From NCBI GenBank assembly GCA_010015585.1, contig ML975182.1: 64,000 nt of DNA; one strand, given 5' to 3'. Every line of letters starts with the position of its first letter. Position 1 is the stretch's first letter. The notes beneath the pieces were generated by a model. That model ran no database searches. It had not been told where the DNA came from and saw only the letters and a program-made list of their open reading frames with translations. Of the stretch, positions 51,344-64,000 are shown one piece after another. The position numbers and the translations under genes were made by a program. This stretch comes from Eremomyces bilateralis CBS 781.70 (lineage: Eukaryota).

Positions 51344-54145
51344 TCAAGCCCTCCAATTCTGGACTAAACCATGCAACCGATCAATCACGACCGGCATAAA
51401 CGCATTCACACTATCCTGAATCAAGGCATCAAAGTGCCGAATCGCCTCCTCCTCCGTCAACTCCAAATGAAACCGCTCCTGGATCTTCAGCACCGCCTTA
51501 TCCGGCTCGATGCGGATGTCCGGGATGTTCGCCTCGCTCATCAGCGCGAACAGGTTCAGGATCAGGTTCGCGCTCTTGCGCAGCGTCGTGTACGCTGTGA
51601 AGCAGTGCTGCAGGAACTGCTGGTAGTACTGGTGCTGTGCGCCGCCCATCCCATCGACCATCTCCCGCGGGAGCTTCATGAGCGGGGCGAACGGCTTCGG
51701 GTCGCGGCCGAGGATGTAGCCGAAGTCCGCGTGGAAGAAGTGCCCGGTGGGGGCGAGGAGGAGGTTGTCGAGGTGACGATCGCCGACGCCGAGGATGTAG
51801 GTGATAACGCAGTAGCCGGCGCAGGACTTGACGTAGGTGTCCATGGCGAGGGGGCGGACGCCGAGGGGGGCGCGGTCGTCGGGGTTGTTGGCGCGGAGGT
51901 AGGCGAGGATGGAGCGGTGGCGGGTGACGACGTTGGAGAGAGTCATGGAGGGGACGAATTGGACGGCGCCAGCGACGGTGGCGGTGGCAAGGATGCGGTA
52001 GGGGGAGAGTTTGAGGTCGAGGTTCTCCTTTTGGAGGAGGCGGTCCATGAGGGTGATGATTTGGATGACGAGCTGGTCTTGGCGGAGGTCGTCGCCGGTT
52101 TTGAAGAGGATGGGGTATTGGCGGCCGTCAGAGGTTTTGAAGTTGATGTAGAGAGGGAGGAGGCTGGATTTGAACACGCTACTGTCTTCGGGGTAGCATC
52201 CGACCACCGACACGGTTGGGTCCAAGGGGAGAGGTAACGGAGGATCGATCTGGACCATATCGTTTTTGGGGTCCGCGAGGAATTTTTTGAGGGTCTCGAC
52301 CTTTCGTATTCGGTCCTCCCGTGAGTTTCGAATGTCCTTCGATAATTTCGACAGGACCGCAACCAGCTCGCCTTGTCTCAGCAAGATCTTTCGTGTCGCC
52401 TGCCCCTGAGGGTGCTTCATGAGCTGTGTCATGAACTCATATTCCACTTTTGCGAATAGCCTTCTATGTTCTTGCTCTTGTTCAGGCGATCGGTCATCAC
52501 ACTCGACCATCAGGTACCAGTGGAGGTAATTGCCCAGCACGAAATTGTTCGCGGCTCTACTGACGAGGAATGAAGCCAACGATGAGTCCTGAGGCTCACT
52601 CCCATCTTCCGTTGGCTGTGCTAATGGCTCGAACTTCAGCGCTTGTACCAGTTGAAGGAGGTAGACCAAAAGATCTTCGTCATCCGACTTGCGCAGTCGA
52701 TCCACTGCGTATGCTCGCACGGCAGGATTATCGAATGTCGAGCCGAGCAGCTCCAACGCGTCATCCACATCAATCTCCGTCCATCGCGGCAGTATCTGAA
52801 CGGCTTGCTTCGACTCATTGGCGTCCGTCCACGAGACCGACTTCACGAACTTCGTAAGAGCTCGCTTATCGCGGGTAAGATGATGCCGGAACTTCCACAC
52901 CAGATCTTTCTCCTCCGCATTCAGCTCTTGCGTCGGACCGTACGACATGATCATGTTCAGTTCATCGCGAATCTTCGCGTTGGGCCGGAGGTCGCGATCA
53001 AGCAGGCCCGTCCGGTGACTTCGAACCAATCGTCGATGTTTGCTTTCGGGAGGATTATCTCTCGTCCCGACTTCGGGGTCGTAGATCCTTACCATCCGGC
53101 CGATCGCTGGGTCGCCCGCGTCACCGGAGTCGATCCCAGGCCCGACGGACACTTCGACGGGCGGTTTATGGGAGGGGAGGGAGCCAGAGCCGACACCTGC
53201 AATAGGGGGTGCCGGATACTCGTGATCGGTGAAGACCACGGGGTGATCGAACCGTGGGAATTCGATATACAGATAAAACAAGTCCTTCTCTCCACCCTTG
53301 TCCTTCTCGTCCGAATCGGGGCTTTGGAAGTTCCTTGCTTGTTTGAAGCTACTCCTCTGAAGCTTTTCAATCTGTCGAAATACAAGATGGTCCAGCCACT
53401 TGTTTTCCGGAATCTCGTTCATCTCGTGTTTCTTAACCAACGCCTCGAGCCGGCCCATCTCCGAGTCTTGTTCATAGCGGTGCGTGATCACTCCACCGTG
53501 GCTATTCGCTCGCGTTCGCCGATCCTGTCGCAGTTGATATGGGGTTGTGGTCTCGGACAATCCATCCGCTACGCGGTCCAAGTGTAACCGACATCGCTGC
53601 CTTCCTTTTTGTAGGGTATTATCTCGGTCGTAAAGGGGAATCGTCGTTCCACCGAAGGGAATGGCGTGGGAAGACCATTCGTCCGAGCCGACGGGCGATA
53701 GATCCCATACTGTGATGGCGAGCTGGGCAGAGAGTGGGATGGTCGAGTAGTCGATGGGGAGGGTGAGCCATTCGTCCCATCTTCGCGCGTGCTTAAAGAC
53801 CTTATATGGAGTCTGCACTGCGACGGTCAAAGGCTTACTATCTGCCCATAACTGCGCAGTCACATATAGCTCAGAATGTGGGCTGAAGCGGTGGTTAGCA
53901 ACCGCTCTCGGGAACTGGGTATGGTTTCGAACCTCTGGTTGGAGCCTCGATAGCGAAGTTCAGGCTGCCTCAAGAGGGTCGAATGCCGTAGCGGCTCATG
54001 AAGGCCTTCTAGGGTGTTGCTACCCTATATCAGTTCCTATTCCGACCTCGAAATTGGGGGATACGAACATCTTCACGCTCACGGGCAGCTCCAGAGAAGA
54101 GGAGCTGGCGAATGAGTACACCAGCGAAGGGTTTGAGTTGCTCAT
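51344..54145 (-). CDS. VPS34: Class III phosphatidylinositol 3-kinase Vps34
   Basis: C2 region (YSFASSSSLELPVSVK, QTPYK..RWDEWL), PIK helical region (YLLQLVQALKFE), kinase motifs FKTGDDLRQDQL, GVGDRHLDN, HADFG. Two 5' introns. Confidence 0.97.
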
Positions 54146-54354
54146 GGCAGTAGAGTCATTCCGATAGCATTCCGGAAAATATCCGGAGTCTTAAAGAACT
54201 ATCCGGTCAAAGTTAGGGTAGACATACGTATGGATGGCGAGGGATTGAGGTTGTTGACTGAATCCGCTCCGTGAGAAGACGTGAGAGTGGGGCGGAGCTG
54301 TCCCGAGCACTGTACCTCGCAACTCTGAACTCTCCGATGCCATACTATAAACTA

Positions 54355-54382
54355 TTACTGCGTAGTACGTACTACGTAGTAA
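54355..54382. promoter_or_regulatory. 28-bp near-perfect palindrome in the divergent VPS34/acyltransferase intergenic region
   Basis: TTACTGCGTAGTACGTACTACGTAGTAA with one mismatched pair. Function not shown. Confidence 0.35.
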
Positions 54383-54902
54383 GCTTAACTAAACTGGCCA
54401 CGCCTTGCCACGTGCTTTTAGTACAGATCGCGCTCTTCCTGAGCGGAGAACCCCCGATTGGCCACGACACCATTTTCCCCTGTTCTATTATGGTTTTGCG
54501 GCAGTTTTGTGCTCGTATTGAACAAGGGGAGTATCAAGTAACGATCAACGGTGCAATTTGGTTCGTTTGGTTGCGGCTTGCATGTGATGTGCCCCTTTTC
54601 AAACCCCATTAAGCTTGATCGGGCCTTCGACTTCGGATCGGTGCCACTGAGATACAGTTCCGATACAGCTCCGTTTAAATTAACCCTTAAGAAAGAAGGT
54701 ACGTAACGCTAGTCATCGTGCTTGTCACCATCGTCCTTTGGACTGCTATTTGACAATGTACTTGGTCTGAAATAAAGAAGCCCAAACAACTGTGGAGTCT
54801 TATCTGTCCTTCGCTTTCCATCGCCCTGCAAAGTATCCCTCCTTGCATCCACTGTCCATTCCTCTGAAGCAATCGCGTTGCCTTCAATCGAATGTCTTCT
54901 CA

Positions 54903-56354
54903 ATGCCCACCGACGATAGCACCCTAGAAAAGGGAGCCGCCGACGATTTAATCTCCTCCAACGATCCCACCCAGTACGCATCCTTGGCCACATCCCGATT
55001 TCGATCCTTCCCGCGAAGCCTCGTCCCGACCTTTTCCCTGGGCGCCTCCCAAAATGACCCCAATCGCAAACTGGGACGGACGGCCTACCTCGACGGCCTC
55101 CGCGGATTCGCCGCCTTCCTCGTCTATTGGTCGCATCACCAGTCCTGGGGACACGATAAGGGGCACATCTACGAGAGCGGATACGGATACAATGGACAAC
55201 ATTACCTAGTCCAGCTGCCAGGCCTGCGCATGTTCTTCTCCGGTGGACATTTTGCGGTGGCAGTCTTCTTCGTGATCTCGGGCTACGTCCTCTCCGCGAA
55301 GCCGCTCACGCTCATCGCGTCGAAGGAGTACGTGAAACTCGAGGAATATCTCGCGTCCGCGGTGTTTCGACGCTGGACGCGGCTCTATCTACCGATCATT
55401 GTCACGTCGCTGCTGTTTGCGACATGGTGGCATGTGTTCGGGACGCGGGTGTTCAAGCCGGTGCCGACGTACGTGGGTGAGTTTCAGACATGGCTCCAGG
55501 CGTTCATCCACCTGTCGTGGGACTGGCGACTGAGCACGCATATGTGGTTTCGCTACAACTTTCATATGTGGACGATCCCGGTCGAGTATCGCGGGTCGTT
55601 GTACGTCTACACATCCCTGATCGCATTTTCACGCGCGTCGAAAAACATGCGGCTGCTCTGTACTATCTTTTCGATCATCTATACCTTGTTGATCATCGAT
55701 GGCTGGTACTTGAGTTTGTTCGTGGCCGGCATGCTCCTTTGCGACCTCGACCAACTGGCCGCGCAGGATCGTCTCCCTGCAATCTTCGACCGTGTGCGGC
55801 CATATCAGACTCGACTCCTGTGGGCAATGTTCGTCATCAGCGTGTTCCTCAGCGGCGTTCCCGCCGAGGAAAAAACCCTCGCCGACAACCCCGGCTGGTA
55901 CTATCTCTCCTACCTCGTCCCCGACGGACTCAAGAGCACGAACCCCGATTCCAAATGGTTCTTCCATTTCTGGGCCGCCACGTTCATGGTGGTCTGCTGC
56001 CGACGGTTTTCCTGGCTGAAAACCTTCTTCGAAGCCCCCTTTAACCAGTATCTGGGTCGAGTGTCTTATGCCTTGTATCTGGTCCACGGTCCGGTCCTCT
56101 GGATCCTGGCCGATCCGGTGTACGCGTTGTTGGGGTGGTCGATCCCGACGACGCGAGAAAACCCGCCCCAATGGGGCAGTCTCGTGCCGGCGGTTAACCT
56201 CGGACCGCTGGGACTGGAGTTCAATTTTTTGTTGGGTCATTTGGTGATCTTGCCGATGACGTTGTGGGTTGCAGAACTATGCACTCGAGGTGTAGATGAG
56301 CCAAGTGTACGGGCCTCACATTGGCTATACAAACGTTTTATTGGGACGCCCTAA
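54903..56354 (+). CDS. Acyltransferase family 3 (multi-TM O-acyltransferase, CHIP3-like)
   Basis: TAYLDGLRGFAAFLVY..H, GGHFAVAVFFVISGYVLS, FRRWTRLYLP, HMWTIPVEYRGS, YLGRVSYALYLVHGP. Confidence 0.9.
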   Translation: MPTDDSTLEKGAADDLISSNDPTQYASLATSRFRSFPRSLVPTFSLGASQNDPNRKLGRTAYLDGLRGFAAFLVYWSHHQSWGHDKGHIYESGYGYNGQHYLVQLPGLRMFFSGGHFAVAVFFVISGYVLSAKPLTLIASKEYVKLEEYLASAVFRRWTRLYLPIIVTSLLFATWWHVFGTRVFKPVPTYVGEFQTWLQAFIHLSWDWRLSTHMWFRYNFHMWTIPVEYRGSLYVYTSLIAFSRASKNMRLLCTIFSIIYTLLIIDGWYLSLFVAGMLLCDLDQLAAQDRLPAIFDRVRPYQTRLLWAMFVISVFLSGVPAEEKTLADNPGWYYLSYLVPDGLKSTNPDSKWFFHFWAATFMVVCCRRFSWLKTFFEAPFNQYLGRVSYALYLVHGPVLWILADPVYALLGWSIPTTRENPPQWGSLVPAVNLGPLGLEFNFLLGHLVILPMTLWVAELCTRGVDEPSVRASHWLYKRFIGTP

Positions 56355-57184
56355 CGGGATCTGTACATGGGAAACAATTGATCATCGATCTGGCCAGGAG
56401 TCAAGAACGGTGCCTTCTAGTTACTGAGCAATGGCATATATGTGCCAAAGCATTACGTCTCGACATACATGATAGACTTGCAAGACCGGGTCTATCAGCG
56501 ATGTGCATATAGATGGATGGCGTAAGGTATTTGAAGGAATTGGATAGAGGAATTGGATAGCAAGTTATGTATGAACGTTAATCCACAATTTTGAGACGGG
56601 GTTCTGTTCCAGCTTGCTCTTGTTGTATTTTCTATTGACATGCATGCATCATGCATCATGCATCATGATTAAGGGAGAGATGTAGAAAGGGTGGGTGGAA
56701 AAGAGGGGGAGGAATGGGGGGAGGAGCGGATATACAAACAAACATGACTCGCTAGCTGCCTGCTGCCAATCATCTGTCGCGATGGTCCAAGCGCAGCGCG
56801 TCTCCAGAAAGTGACAGAAACTACTCCATAGACAGTGAGAAAGGCAGAAACCATGTAATTATGATGTATCACATCAGCAAACGCCAACTCCCCACGCCTT
56901 GATGCGCGTCGCGACTTGCACCCAATTCTCCATCCGTGAGCTGCAGTCCGCAAAGTCCCCCCTATCACGCCTCTATTCTCTAATATCAGGAAATACACAG
57001 TGAATTCACTCATCATATGGGCTCTGTGTTGTTTGGCTCTTAATATTCTATCGTGCTATTCACTCAGCCGTCTCTTATCGTCTCCTATACCCATCTTGTC
57101 GCGACTGGAAATTCATCGCCGCAGAACTGCATCGTCGCAGAACTGCCTCGCTGCATAAAGCCTCGCGACCAACCATCGGCAAGT

Positions 57185-58698
57185 ATGGCGCAGCTAAATA
57201 CCGCAGCGTCTCCAGGTCAGTGATTTACCGTCTCTTTGTTTGACGTCTTTATCCTTCCAGCACTGACCGATCCACCTAATAGATTCCGTAGCATCTCGTC
57301 GATATCTCAGCCTATCCGTGCTGTCCGATAAGGAGAACGCCCCTCAGGCAAGGAAAAACCGCTCTAAAGGAAAAGCTCCGATGGAGAGGCCCACCACCGA
57401 GAGATCCGTGGATACTAGATCTCCGAAGCGAAGGCGACTAGAAGAGGTCGACCCAAATGCCCGGCATCGTGCGCGCGAAGAGGACAACGAAGTCTATGAT
57501 CCCAACCAAAATGAAGAGGAGCGACGGCGGATCCGCCTGGGAATGCGGGCCGTCGAACGCGAAGTTAAGGGTATGGTAAAGTATGCCGCGACTACCAGGG
57601 CCCCTCATTGACACACACTCCAGACCGCCATCAAGAGCTGATGCAGCCCGACAACACGGAGATCAACGGCCTGCTCGAACGCCAGAATGTATGCATGGAC
57701 AGTGTCCGCCAGACTGCGGATGCCACGATCGACTCGCGCATCCTCCACGGCATCGGCGACCTGATCCACAAGAAAACGACGGCCATGACCCTTGGGGACT
57801 CCTCCACGGGGGTCGACGTCGACGAGTTTGTGTCGAAATGCATCTCCTTCATGCGTCTCGGTGGCGCGGGTAATGGGGACGATCGACCCGCGAACACACA
57901 AACCCAGCGACGGCGGGCGCGGCGAAACGTCGATGAGGATGAGGACGACGAAGATGGCGACGGCGATGCCTGCGCATGGGACGTCTTCGGCGAGCAGGCC
58001 TGCTTCCCTAGCAACCGGCGTCCCGCCGTATCAGGATTCCTTCTAGGCCCGCTCTCAGTCCAGAAACGCGTCCGACAGTCGCAGCGGCGGGTGGGGTTAC
58101 GGCGCGACACGCAGGGTCCAGTGACGAAGCCGAAGGAGATCACGCGGGAAGATCTGGAGCAGACGGAAAGCAACGACACGCCGTCGCTGTGCAAGAAGAT
58201 CCGCGATCTGCTCGTCAAAGAGTACGACGCCCGGCGGGCAAGGATCACACCGTACGAGGACCAGCTAGAAGACATGGACGAGGAAGAGGCGGAGACGGTG
58301 TTCAAGAACGCCGGGCTTGCCAACGACTGGAACATGTCGCTGTTTCAATTCGCCATCAATCCCTCGTCGTTCGGACAGACGGTGGAGAACCTCTTCTACA
58401 TCAGCTTCATGGTCAAGGACGGCGGCGCCGCGCTAGGGCAGGATGAGAATGGGTTTCCCACGATCCGTACGTCCTCGCTCCATCTGCATGCTCGAATGCA
58501 GGTTCGCTAACGTTACCAGGGTATGAAAATCCGCCCGACGCGGCGAAGAGGCGGGAGCAGGAGTTGCAGAGGAATCAGGCTATCTTCAGCCTCGACTGGG
58601 CGACGTGGGAGAAACTCATTAAGCTGTTCAACATTCGCACGCCGATGATTCCGCATCGTGAATACGATACCTCCGCTGTCCGTGGTTGGTATGGGTAA
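57185..58698 (+). CDS. NSE4: Smc5/6 kleisin subunit Nse4
   Basis: YDPNQ..RR, ATIDSR, GVDVDEFVSKC, FLLGPLSV, FAINPSSFGQTVENLFYISF, QAIFSLD..MIPHR. Three introns. Confidence 0.92.
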
Positions 58699-59108
58699 TC
58701 TGTTGATCTGGAGGCTCGTCCATCAGCTCTTCACTGTGCATTCTGTGCTTGAATACATTCTACAGAGGCGAAGGCGTTCAGTAAGGGGTGTCTCACTGGA
58801 ACTATGTTCAACGGGCTATTAGAGGGAAACGGTTAACGGCCATGTAGAGGCGTTTTGTTTTATTAGTTTCAGCTATTGTCATCCTAGCTGCCAGCCGCGA
58901 ACATCAACGGCTGTTGTAATACATTGCATTATTGTATCCTGATCGAAACCGGATCATCTGCGATTATATGTCCTGGCTCGCAGTATCTATCCTTTGTACC
59001 AAGCCGTCCAATAGCCTGCTCAAACAGGCACAGAATCGGCTTCTGGACAATCTAAGAAGCTCTCAGTCCAGACTCCAGTATCCAGACACCAATTTCAAAG
59101 GCACAAAC

Positions 59109-60458
59109 CTATTCCTTCGGCCCATTGCAGTCCACACTGACAACCTCCCGCTTCCCCCCTGGATATATAACCAAAGCGGTCAACATCCCCCCCTTCACAC
59201 ATCCTGTGTCAAGCCCCACCGAGTAATCCTGCACATTCAACCCCCGTCTTGCATTATGCCCATAGACTGCAAAGAACCTATCAGAGGCAGGATGTATATG
59301 TTTCTGATGATGATTCCAGACCTGCAGACGCGTCAGTCCACGGCAGCTCTCTCACGTCGTACTTTGTCCCCTTACCTTGTCCCACGCTGTCCCCTCCGTC
59401 CCCTCGCTCGGTACTCGCGACCCCAGATCAATCGTCCGCATATTCATCGCCTGATACGGATCTTGCCGCTCCAGCGCTACCCCCGGCACCAACCCCGCAT
59501 GCACCACCACCACATGCCCTATCCCCTCTATATCCCCCACGTCAAGAATCACCGGACACCCCTCCAACCACTCCACCTGCCCCTGCGTCAACTCCCGCGC
59601 CAGCTTCCGATGCTTCTCCCCCGGCGCCTTCCCCCCCTCCGAGGCGCTCTCGACGTCCGCCAGCGCGCCCTTCCGCTTAAGCGCGGCGTACGCCAGCAGC
59701 ACGCGGTCGTCGTGGTTCCCGCGCACGCCCGAGGCGTCCAGCCGCCGCGCAAGGTCCACCACGCCGCCGGAGTCCGGACCCTTGAAGATCATGTCGCCCG
59801 CGAGCACGAGATGGTCGAACCCCTCCCGAAACTCCACTTTTCGTAGTAGCATCTCTAGCTCTTCCCGGCAGCCGTGCACGTCCCCCACGATCACCAACCG
59901 ATTATCCGCGCCTACCCCCTCCCCTTTCGCCTCCCCCCTCCCCGGCACCCACCGCCCCTCCAACCCCGCCACATTCCTCATCCCCTCTAACCTGACCGCT
60001 CCGTTCCCGCCGAAGTACTGCTCACTCCTTCTTACACTCTGCAGACTCCGATCCAGCGCCGTCGCCTCCGCCAGGTTCGGCCCGACCCACAGCGTCCACG
60101 CGACGCAGACTAATACCAGGAAGACGAGGCACGCGACCAGGCACCGTCGGGCGCGACGGGTGAGGCGCGCGCGGAGGAGGCGGAGGAGGAGCGGGAGCCA
60201 CGGAGGGGGCGCGTCGGAGAGGTCGGAGAGGAAGGAGGTGTAGTCTTCGTCGGCGAATTCGGCGGGGTTGAGGGCGGGATCGGCGAGGTGGTTATTGCGG
60301 GTTTGCCATTCGTTGGTTACGTAGTCGATGAGGGGGCGGCGGGAGGTGGTGCGAGGACCGGGAGGAGGGTGGTGACGGTGGTAGCGGATGGAGTCGCGGT
60401 TGCGGAGGGATTGTTCGTGGAGCTTTTCGCGGACAGCGGTGGGTTCGTTGGGAGGCAT
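59109..60458 (-). CDS. Membrane-anchored metallophosphoesterase, Ppn2/YNL217W-like
   Basis: TM segment, then VGDVHGC, AGDMIFKGPDS, VRGNHDD, VVHAGL, VYGHNA, GLDTGCVKGG. One intron at about 59322-59375. Confidence 0.85.
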
Positions 60459-63354
60459 GCGGTGGAGGTGGTGGTTGGGAGTTGGGGTGTTATATTGGAT
60501 TTCGTGTTGGACGGGTTACAGGTTCGAGATTAATTTGACGTCACCCATGGCTCTTTAATATGGCCTTAGGAGTGAATTAGGAGATGGTGGTGACTGGACT
60601 TTGGAGGTCATTATCGATAACGAGGAAGATAACGAGGAAGATAAATAGCTTAGGAGCTTGTAGTTCTGAATGACTGGATCTTAACAACAACTCTCTCCCT
60701 GCAGCTCATCCTCACAACATATATGTACTATCAAAAGCAATGGATACGGAATATGCTTGAAGATGATCCTTTTGGTCTATTAGTTATTGTTCCATACATA
60801 TCAGTATCAAAGGTGTCATTCACCAAGAATGCTACTCTACTTTCATGAGACGCTGTGATTCCCCAGAACTCCTATTATATAATAGCTGGTGAGCTTTCCT
60901 CCCCTTGAGATTTGGATAATTGCTCCACAACTGTGCAGCTGTTGAACGCAAAAGTACAATCTACTTGGGGTGGGCTGTATCACTGACGGATATCCAATAT
61001 CAGTAATTAGCGTAGCCAGTGCTAATTACCTCACTCTCTCGTTCGGACACAATGAATCACGCCTCATTAAACCTGGGAAAGGTATTATGTTCGAAGAAAT
61101 TGAGATTTTGATATGCGATGAGTTACCATCGAAGTACGAGCCTAATTACGGATGCCAAGTTGTTGGATGCTTCCATTGCAACTTGAAGAGCGCGCGTTGT
61201 AGCCTATTGCAGTTCATATTGATCCAATTTGCCCCTTTCAAACGTAGTGACATCCTTGAACCGAAGTTCTGTCTGCAAGTAAGCAACCAACTCGCCTCTA
61301 CCTATGTTCCTCACTACTTCCCTGGATGAGATTACCTCTCCCTCGCATTCCCATGACTGTTGAATCCTCAATAATCCGGACTGCTAAATGAATGGCTGGA
61401 GATCTTACCATTCACACGGCAATGATGCCACTGCTGCCAAAGGGATGCCAGTCCAATCAACACTTGGAGGGTGCCGTACGTGATGAGGATAATATTCTGA
61501 GCAGGGAGATGGTGAGCCATTGCTAGCAAAAAAATTGCAATGTTTGTGGATATGGCGGTTCTGAAGCAAAGAGGTGGGTTTTTGGAGAAACAACTTGAGC
61601 ACCTTTGAGTTTGGACTACTGGAAGAGGAATTCAAGAACTCACCCTCTATACTTATACTATCTTGATTTCTATTCCTCTGCGTAAATAACGGATGAGGTA
61701 GCGCTACACAATAGTACTTCTGTATGAGATTCCAAAGGATCGCACTAGAGCAGAAACAATTCGGTGAGAAAGGTAGCACTTGGTATCGTACTTGACTTGG
61801 GGGCGGGAACAAAGCCCATAATTGTATCCTCTGGAGGTTCAGCTGTACCAACAAAAGCAAGAGTACTTTTCGCGGATGACCTTACACATGATAAATGTAA
61901 CCAGTTCCGCCGAGTACGGACACGATTGGCAGGGCCTCGCTTGAGCCAACCATTGGTTCGATGACGAAGGGAGGCAGCGCCAGTAGACTTAATCATTCAA
62001 ATTATACTCCGTACTTTTGAAGTTTTAAGCGATGAATCAAGCTACCATTGTTCTCCCATCCCATGATTTCACCACCAATTACTTACTCCGCCACGTTGGA
62101 ACCGGTAAGGAGTAGGGAGTAAGGAGTATCAGTAAGGACTAAGGACTGAGGACGCTGAAGGACGCCAAAGGATCCATAGCATGGCGATTAGGGAGAGCTG
62201 AGAATCATGGAAATTGGAAACTCGCCAAGCGATTGTGTTTTGGTGCATCAGCAGCAGCCAGTAATCAGCATTCGCCATTCAGCAAGGTTGGGACTCTGAG
62301 AATGGAAAGCATCAGTTGTGGACTTGTGATTGTTATCATAGGCGGCTTAACTAGTCCTGTCACACGCGGTGGACAGAAATACTCGCATTGTCGAGGTCCA
62401 CCCGCGTCCACACAAAACCTGTAGGATTTAATGCATTCTACAAGTAATTAATACACATCATTTTAATATGACCCCATTCCGTGAAAACCCTCATAATCCA
62501 TCCAAAACATGGCGTAAATCGACGTATTTCATTATATCTAGACTCATAATATGTGACTGTATAGATGGTGATTTGGTGAGGAAGATCCCTGTATGTATTG
62601 GTGGTGAGTGCACTTCGGCAATGCGAGTATTTCTGTCCATCGCCTACCTGTCACTCACTCCTGCTGCTACCAACTTATCAGCTTCATGCTGTGTCCGCCT
62701 GATAACCCAAGCTTTTGCAGTTTGTGACATTCAGCCATCGGCAGTTGGGCTTTGGCACATTGCCTCGTTGCCTTCCAGGGCTTCCTTGGCCAACAATTGT
62801 ACGGATACGTTTGCCCTTTTTTGCTAGTAAAGGTGTATGGTGGCTCACAGTAATTAGCGCTGCCGTATTCATCACCGCCCTTCCCCACTGCCATCCAGAT
62901 GGGCGCCGGGTGTAAACACGGCCACCACGCTGCTATTTTTTAAGTGTTAACTCGTCGCCCTCTTGAATTTCGTTGTCCAGTAATCCATAAGTTCCCCAGC
63001 TTATGGTGGTTTTATCAGTATAGCTTTCGCCATCTCCTGACCGGATTTGCCAAAGCCCCCAGAGGGGATCAACGCTGGCCATGGACTATCCGCTGCCAGG
63101 CAGCAAGTTTCTGCCTCAGGATTATCCAAATTGGTTCTTGCCTCTTACTCCTCTACCTCCAAGCTCCCCCCATTCATCGAGTGTTATCTCAATTGGGACT
63201 CAAACGGGATCTGCAAGATGCTTGTGGCGGTGCAGGCATCTTCAGATGCCCGTCTGAGGACCATCTGCAGCACTTTGGTGGGCGCCCCGGCGCGTAAGTA
63301 AAAAGAGCGGATTTGGCCCCTATGGCTCACCAAACCCCACCAAAATTGGCGACG

Positions 63355-63520
63355 GTCGTGACGTTGTCAGGTTGTTTCTGCTCCTTCTGGCGCAGCAGAT
63401 CCTGTTGTCTAATGCGTTCAATTGCCGCTGGAGTAAGGATGTTATGAATTCCAGGAGGTAGGAATGGCATGGACTCTATCCTATGCTCGAATTTGATTTT
63501 GTGTTTGGCAGGAGCGATCT
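63355..63520 (-). mobile_element. MULE transposase fragment related to the 8-10 kb element
   Basis: CTGCTCCTTCTGGCGCAGCAGATCCTGTTGTCTAATGCGTTC is shared with 8691-8732, with diverged similarity extending to about 8830. Confidence 0.8.
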
Positions 63521-64000
63521 GTGCTAAGCCTCCTGGTCATATAACCTGTGAAATACTCCTGGACTTTCTGTGTTATCCAAGGTAGGATAACCAAAAACTC
63601 TCTTTATGCTTGTAATACAGAATACTTTTTCTACAATGAAACTAAATAGCTGGCGGTCTAGATGCTGCCCAAGTGATTTGACCCGTCGCTATTACTGGAG
63701 CTCCGCATATACACCAACCGCGTCATGCAATCTTTCTGGTGATAGTATTCCTTTCGATCAAGCATACAGTCGATCTCCATACCCTCAATACTATCCAACA
63801 GGACCGCATCAGGAGTGACCAGAATGACCAAGCTGCCCTATATAACACCGACATAAACCCTCCAATCAAACAATCAGACCGAATTCGTCAACTACCCAAG
63901 CGCTCGGCCTTGTGTGAATTCACCAGCGCCCTTCATGTCCAGTGTAAGGGAATGCAAGTCGAGCGATCATCTCTCCAACGTCGAAATTCATTCTCGTACT

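Noticed and set aside
51371..53587. Long plus-strand ORFs (288 and 314 aa)
   Set aside because: Antisense shadows of GC3-rich VPS34.
56638..56668. (CATGCAT)n short repeat
   Set aside because: Simple microsatellite-like sequence with no further evidence.
58932..59846. 304-aa plus-strand ORF
   Set aside because: Antisense to the phosphoesterase, with no recognisable motifs.
60650..62000. Degenerate minus-strand gene
   Set aside because: Many stops and no family could be assigned by eye.

Overview
Filamentous ascomycete (Pezizomycotina-like) genomic DNA with short GT-AG introns and CTRAC branch points. Layout: (1) 1-5.9 kb, an apparently intact, spliced Helitron Rep/PIF1 element with terminal inverted sequences; (2) 5.9-14.1 kb, a nested transposon cluster (two MULE relics, LTRs, pogo-like and hAT-like ends, a foldback MITE) bracketed by a long composite inverted repeat and enclosing one host-type membrane protein gene; (3) 14.3-36 kb, mostly core genes: a HET-domain gene, a DUF7514-type gene, a Gly/Pro-rich gene, RPS8, a single ORF fusing Prp38 to Cwc24, a GT8-like gene, a class-3 lipase and PKA-C; (4) 37.5-51.3 kb, an accessory island with a solo LTR knocking out a small gene, an atypical kinase, a LINE relic, a SIR2-NACHT-WD40 NLR with near-identical WD repeats and a Tc1 element; (5) 51.3-60.5 kb, VPS34, an acyltransferase-3, NSE4 and a Ppn2-like phosphatase, then relics. 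Most notable: the SIR2-effector fungal NLR, the Prp38-Cwc24 fusion, and a Helitron intron that looks like the product of a 49-bp tandem duplication. Intron boundaries were placed by eye and domain calls come from motif recognition, not database searches.
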